From: Terriglobia bacterium
GTDB taxonomy: Bacteria > Acidobacteriota > Terriglobia > Bryobacterales > UBA6623
Reading direction: 5' to 3'
NCBI GenBank assembly: GCA_009838515.1
Contig: VXRL01000051.1
Location: 16,814 to 80,813, forward strand
Length of the DNA: 64,000 nt
Notes under the pieces: model-generated
What the model saw: only the letters and a program-made list of their open reading frames with translations
What the model was told of the DNA's origin: nothing
Database searches by the model: none
Program-made: the position numbers and the translations under genes
In this document: piece after piece, positions 60,083 through 64,000 of the stretch
Layout: the number at the start of each line of letters is the position of its first letter
How positions within the stretch are numbered: position 1 is the stretch's first letter

Positions 60083-60160
60083 GGACTGGCGACCCCGCTC
60101 CTTGCCCGAGATCCATGAGAACGCGACCAAACGTGCCTCGAATCACAGCGGCCTGATGGA

Positions 60161-61228
60161 ATGAAGCACCGAGCTCTGAGCCTGTTTGCCGGAGCCGGCG
60201 GCTTGGACATCGGCGTGGACCAGTGCGGCTTCAAGACTTGCTGCGCTGTCGAACTAGACCCGCACTGTGCCTCGACATTGCGGCGGAATGCTGCGGGCAA
60301 GAAGGTGTGGAGCGTCGACACCCGTGCGTTGGATCCTCGCCGCGTCACTGACAGCCTGGACCTGCAGCCCGGGGACGTGACCCTTCTATGCGGCGGTCCG
60401 CCCTGCCCGCCGTCCAGCCAGGCCGGCAAGCAGGGCGGCGCCAGCGACCTGAGTGGCGGACCAGTGTTCGAGATGGTGCGTTTCGCAACAGCTTTGCGTC
60501 CGAGTGCCGTCGTGATTGAGCAGCCTCCACGCTTCCTGGACACGCCGTTCTCGCCGTCCGCGAGCATGCGCGATGTATTGGCCGAGCGGTTTGACGCTAT
60601 CGGGTACGACACCCACACAGCCGTGCTTGACGCCGTTCACTTTGGCGTGCCGCAGCGCCGGCGGCAAGCATTCGTTGTCTGCGTGCCGCGGGGTCAACCT
60701 TACGAATTCCCTGTCCCAGCACTAATGTCGACAATGACCGTCGGAGATGCGATATGCGATCTTCCGGCTGCGACCCTTGCCGGCGGACAGCCTGCCGTGC
60801 CGAATCACATTGACGTAACGCCCGAGCGGGACCGGCAGAGGATTTGCTACGTGCCAGAGGGCGCGTGGCTGTCACGAGCCGACGTCCAAGCACCGCCGGA
60901 AATCGTCCGACGCCTGACCCGCAAGGACACCACGAAGTATCGGCGGGTACACCGGAACCAAGCGTCGATCGCCTTGCGGTGCGGCGAGGTGCCCTATCAT
61001 CCGACCGAAGACCGCTATCTCACGCCACGCGAAGCGGCTCGAATCCAAGGATTTCCAGACCGTCACGTATTCGTCGGGCCGATCCGCAGGCGAACCGTGA
61101 CAGTCAGGGACCTAGACCAGCACCGGCAAGTTGCGGATGCCGTGCCCCCTCCGCTCGCCGCCGCCGTGGCGTCAAGCGTCCGAGACGCGCTACGCCTGTT
61201 GCGACGGAGCCTTCGGTCGAGATCCTAG
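60161..61228 (+). CDS. DNA (cytosine-5)-methyltransferase family protein (solitary)
   Basis: Motif I LSLFAGAGGLDIG, motif II AVELD, motif IV GGPPCPPSSQAG (catalytic Cys present but atypical context), motif VI position IEQP, motif VIII PQRRRQAFVV, LTPREAARIQGFPD, motif X ADAVPPPLA. Confidence 0.8.
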   Translation: MKHRALSLFAGAGGLDIGVDQCGFKTCCAVELDPHCASTLRRNAAGKKVWSVDTRALDPRRVTDSLDLQPGDVTLLCGGPPCPPSSQAGKQGGASDLSGGPVFEMVRFATALRPSAVVIEQPPRFLDTPFSPSASMRDVLAERFDAIGYDTHTAVLDAVHFGVPQRRRQAFVVCVPRGQPYEFPVPALMSTMTVGDAICDLPAATLAGGQPAVPNHIDVTPERDRQRICYVPEGAWLSRADVQAPPEIVRRLTRKDTTKYRRVHRNQASIALRCGEVPYHPTEDRYLTPREAARIQGFPDRHVFVGPIRRRTVTVRDLDQHRQVADAVPPPLAAAVASSVRDALRLLRRSLRSRS

Positions 61229-61256
61229 CGGCTGCGTCCAGGGCGCAGCCCCGCGA

Positions 61257-62027
61257 CTAGGCGACCAAGCCTTGCAAGGGCGAGCTAGCGGACGCGTACA
61301 GCCTCCTCTGCATTCGCCCCGCCTCATGCGCCAGCCGTCCGGCCCGGACGGCGAGCCGCATGGCCTCGGCCATTTTCGCCGCATCGTCGGCGAGCGCGAT
61401 TGCCGTGTTCATCAAGACGCCATCGGCGCCCAGTTCCATCGCGAGCGCTGCGTCGGAGGCAGTCCCGACGCCGGCATCGACGATCAGCGGCACCGCGGTG
61501 ATCTTCTCGCGCAATATGCGCAGCGCCGCGGGGTTCTGCACGCCTAGGCCCGAGCCGATCGGCGCGGCAAGCGGCATCACGGCCGCAGCGCCGGCGTCGA
61601 CCAACCGACGCGCCACGATCAGGTCGTCGCTGGTGTACGGCAGCACCACGAAATCCTCCTTGACTAGCTGGCGCGTGGCTTCCAGCAGGCCCTCGGTGTC
61701 GGGGTACAGCGTGTCCTGATCGCCGATGACCTCCAACTTGACCCAGTTCGACAGACCGACTTCGCGCGCCAGGCGCGCCGTTCGCACCGCCTCGTCGGCG
61801 GTATAGCAGCCGGCGGTGTTGGGCAGTATGAACATCGCGTCTCGGTCGATGTAGTCGATCAGCGACTCTTTCGACTTGTCGTGCAGGTTCACCCGCCGCA
61901 CGGCGACAGTGACCATCGAGGCGCCGGAGATCTCGTGGCACCGCCGCATTTCCTCGAAGCTGCGGTACTTTCCCGTTCCGACGATAAGGCGCGAATCGAA
62001 CTCCCTGCCAGCGATGCGTAGACCCAT
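61257..62027 (-). CDS. thiG: Thiazole synthase
   Basis: [19 protein letters not shown], ...VTVAVRR, ...LPNTAGC, ...VKLEVIGD, ...[13 protein letters not shown], ...[12 protein letters not shown]. Confidence 0.95.
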   Translation of the reverse strand: MGLRIAGREFDSRLIVGTGKYRSFEEMRRCHEISGASMVTVAVRRVNLHDKSKESLIDYIDRDAMFILPNTAGCYTADEAVRTARLAREVGLSNWVKLEVIGDQDTLYPDTEGLLEATRQLVKEDFVVLPYTSDDLIVARRLVDAGAAAVMPLAAPIGSGLGVQNPAALRILREKITAVPLIVDAGVGTASDAALAMELGADGVLMNTAIALADDAAKMAEAMRLAVRAGRLAHEAGRMQRRLYASASSPLQGLVA

Positions 62028-62092
62028 GCTTCGATGTTAGCCTGTGCGGATGCGCCGGTTCAGCCTCAAGCTGGCAAGATAGCAAGAGTTTA

Positions 62093-63172
62093 ATGTTCGT
62101 CGACGAAGCACAGATCAAGGTCCGCGCTGGCAAGGGCGGAAACGGCTGCGTCGCGTTCCGCCGCGAGAAGTTCGTCCCCAAGGGCGGTCCCGCTGGCGGT
62201 GACGGCGGCGACGGCGGCAGTGTAGTGCTGGAGTCCACCAGCCGCATGAACACCCTGATCCATTTCCGCTTCCAGCCGGAGCAAAGCGCCGAGAACGGGC
62301 GGCAAGGCGAGGGCAGCAAGTGCACGGGCCGGACTGGCAAGGACCTCGTCTTGCAAGTCCCGGCCGGCACGCTGGTCTACGATGCCGAGTCGAACGAACT
62401 GCTTCACGACTTCGACGCCGCCGGCCAACGGTTCGTCGTCGCGCGCGGCGGACACGGCGGCAGAGGCAACGTGCACTTCAAGTCTTCCACCAACCGCGCA
62501 CCGCGGTATGCCGAGGACGGCACCGAAGGCCAGGCCCTAACCCTGCGCCTGCGCCTGAAGCTGTTGGCCGATGTGGGCTTGGTCGGGTTCCCTAACGCCG
62601 GCAAGTCGACCTTGATCTCCAAGGTTTCCGCAGCCAGGCCCAAGATCGCCGACTACCCGTTCACCACCTTGCAGCCCCATCTCGGCGTCGTCAGCTTGGG
62701 GGAGTTCGATAGCTTTGTGATGGCCGACATCCCCGGACTGATCAAGGGCGCCCACGACGGTCACGGCCTGGGGGACCGGTTCCTGCGCCATATCGAGCGC
62801 ACCAAGATCCTGCTGCACTTGGTCGATCTCAGTGACGCGACCGGGCGCGACTGCGCGCAGGACTATGAGATTGTCGCAAACGAGATTGCGAGCTTTTCCC
62901 CCAAGCTTGCGAACAAACCGTGCATTGTCGCGGGAACGAAGCTGGACGCAATGCAGTCGCCCGAGCGAATCCAAAAGCTCCGGGATCACTGCGAATCCTT
63001 GGGATTGCGGTTCCAAGCGATTTCTTCGGTAACGGGCGAGGGCATTGACGGCCTGCTGCGAATCGTGGGCGCGCAGGTTCGCGAACTGCGCGACGCCGCG
63101 GAGGACTCCGCTCATGCGCCGCAACAGCACGCGGCTTATCCTCCAGTTTCGGGCGCAGGGGCTTCGAAATGA
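62093..63172 (+). CDS. obg: GTPase Obg/CgtA
   Basis: [44 protein letters not shown] is the Obg fold. G-domain motifs: [23 protein letters not shown]. Confidence 0.95.
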   Translation: MFVDEAQIKVRAGKGGNGCVAFRREKFVPKGGPAGGDGGDGGSVVLESTSRMNTLIHFRFQPEQSAENGRQGEGSKCTGRTGKDLVLQVPAGTLVYDAESNELLHDFDAAGQRFVVARGGHGGRGNVHFKSSTNRAPRYAEDGTEGQALTLRLRLKLLADVGLVGFPNAGKSTLISKVSAARPKIADYPFTTLQPHLGVVSLGEFDSFVMADIPGLIKGAHDGHGLGDRFLRHIERTKILLHLVDLSDATGRDCAQDYEIVANEIASFSPKLANKPCIVAGTKLDAMQSPERIQKLRDHCESLGLRFQAISSVTGEGIDGLLRIVGAQVRELRDAAEDSAHAPQQHAAYPPVSGAGASK

Positions 63173-63744
63173 GACTCGCGCTCTTCGGCGGCACCTTCGA
63201 TCCGATCCATAGCGGCCATGTCGAGGCCGCTCAGAAAGCTGCGGACGCATGTGCGCTCGACCGAGTCTTGGTCGTTCCCAGCGGCGTTCCGCCCCACAAG
63301 CAGGAAGCCTGCCACGCAGACTACGCACACCGCTATCGGATGGTGGATCTGGCGTGCCGCGCCGACCCGAGGCTGGAAGCGAGCCGACTGGAGCAGCCAC
63401 GGACCGATGGCGAGCCCCACTATTCCGTCCACACCATCGATCGCATACGCGCGACCATGCAGTTCGACGGTGCGCTGCGGTTGGTCCTCGGGGCAGACGC
63501 GTTCTCAGAGATTGACCTGTGGCGCGACATCGACCGGATCGCGAAGGGGGTGGAATTCATCGTCGTGGAGCGGCCAGGATTCAAAGCCGACAGCGCGATA
63601 CAGCCATCGCACATCGTGAGCTGCTCGCATCCAGCCTCGTCGCGAACCGTCCGGCATCGCGCCAAGATCGGTGGGTCGCTGGCGGATCTGGCACCGGCGG
63701 CGGTGTGTGAGTACCTCTGGCAGCACTCGCTGTACCGCTCCTAG
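63169..63744 (+). CDS. nadD: Nicotinate-nucleotide adenylyltransferase
   Basis: ATGA overlap with obg. [15 protein letters not shown] is the (T/H)xGH motif. ...PSGVPPHK, ...SSRTVR near the C-terminus. Confidence 0.9.
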   Translation: MRLALFGGTFDPIHSGHVEAAQKAADACALDRVLVVPSGVPPHKQEACHADYAHRYRMVDLACRADPRLEASRLEQPRTDGEPHYSVHTIDRIRATMQFDGALRLVLGADAFSEIDLWRDIDRIAKGVEFIVVERPGFKADSAIQPSHIVSCSHPASSRTVRHRAKIGGSLADLAPAAVCEYLWQHSLYRS

Positions 63745-63798
63745 GCAGCACGCACCCGGGCCGCTACCCAAGCCCAGCACGCACCCTACAATGGGGGC

Positions 63799-64000
63799 AT
63801 GAGCTCCCGACGCCAATTCCTATCGCTGCTAGCCGCAGGCCCGCTAGCCGCGGCATCGCCAAGGCACTGGCCCCAGTTCCGCGGGTCAGAGTCACTCGGC
63901 ACGTCGCCCGACGATTCGCGCCTGCCGGAATCTTGGAGCGCCACCGAGAACGTTCGCTGGAAGACACCAATGCCCGGGATGGCTTGGGCCTCTCCGGTGA
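63799..64000 (+). CDS. Partial (5' end only) secreted protein, PQQ-like beta-propeller (BamB-like) type
   Basis: ATG at 63799. MSSRRQFLSLLAAGPLAAASPRHWPQFRGSESLGTSPDDSRLPESWSATENVRWKTPMPGMAWASPV has a Tat-like signal, then the W-P-x-F-R-G ... W-K-x-x-x-P-G-x-x-x-S-S-P opening common to this family. The gene runs off the window end. Confidence 0.5.
   Translation, partial: MSSRRQFLSLLAAGPLAAASPRHWPQFRGSESLGTSPDDSRLPESWSATENVRWKTPMPGMAWASPV

Noticed and set aside
62028-62092. TPP riboswitch upstream of thiG.
   Set aside because: The divergent thiG-obg spacer is only 65 nt, and I saw no CUGAGA-type THI-box core.

Overview
High-GC (about 60-65% by eye) chromosomal segment. By inference its gene content resembles Acidobacteriota or Planctomycetota-type soil bacteria: CarboxypepD_reg-type TonB receptors, a PSCyt/DUF1549/DUF1553 + DUF1501 pair, many sulfatases and futalosine-pathway genes. 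I support about 50 protein genes, 2 tRNAs (Ser-UGA, Leu-CAG), 1 gene fragment, 1 clear hairpin terminator and 1 promoter candidate. By eye I saw no rRNA, CRISPR array, transposase or integrase.

Left half (0.8-24.4 kb), accessory-like:
- SDR, ankyrin lipoprotein, HupE/UreJ-like protein
- MoaD/ThiS-like protein plus amidohydrolase
- Phd/VapC toxin-antitoxin pair
- three sulfatases and a decayed sulfatase fragment
- a giant TonB-dependent receptor and a Tat-exported Gfo/Idh/MocA oxidoreductase
- the PSCyt/DUF1549/DUF1553 + DUF1501 pair

Middle and right, mostly housekeeping:
- rlmD-like, fabD-fabG-trpC-ubiA-like, mqnE-like, hslVU, zapBA
- gltB, asnS, ddl, folPBK, thiG, obg, nadD
- interspersed: three more sulfatase-family genes, a B3 metallo-beta-lactamase, an SLC12/APC transporter, an OprC-like TonB receptor, an orphan C5-cytosine methyltransferase and several lipoproteins or secreted proteins of unknown function

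The most notable observation is at 12312-13859 (minus strand). Two ORFs in the same frame are separated by a single TGA that falls exactly at the redox position of a C-x-x-U / T-U-P-P-F motif, the iodothyronine-deiodinase-like active site. A hairpin follows immediately downstream. This is a candidate secreted selenoprotein fused to a DsbD-N-like region and four EF-hands.

All family assignments come from motif reading of the translated ORFs. No database search was run.
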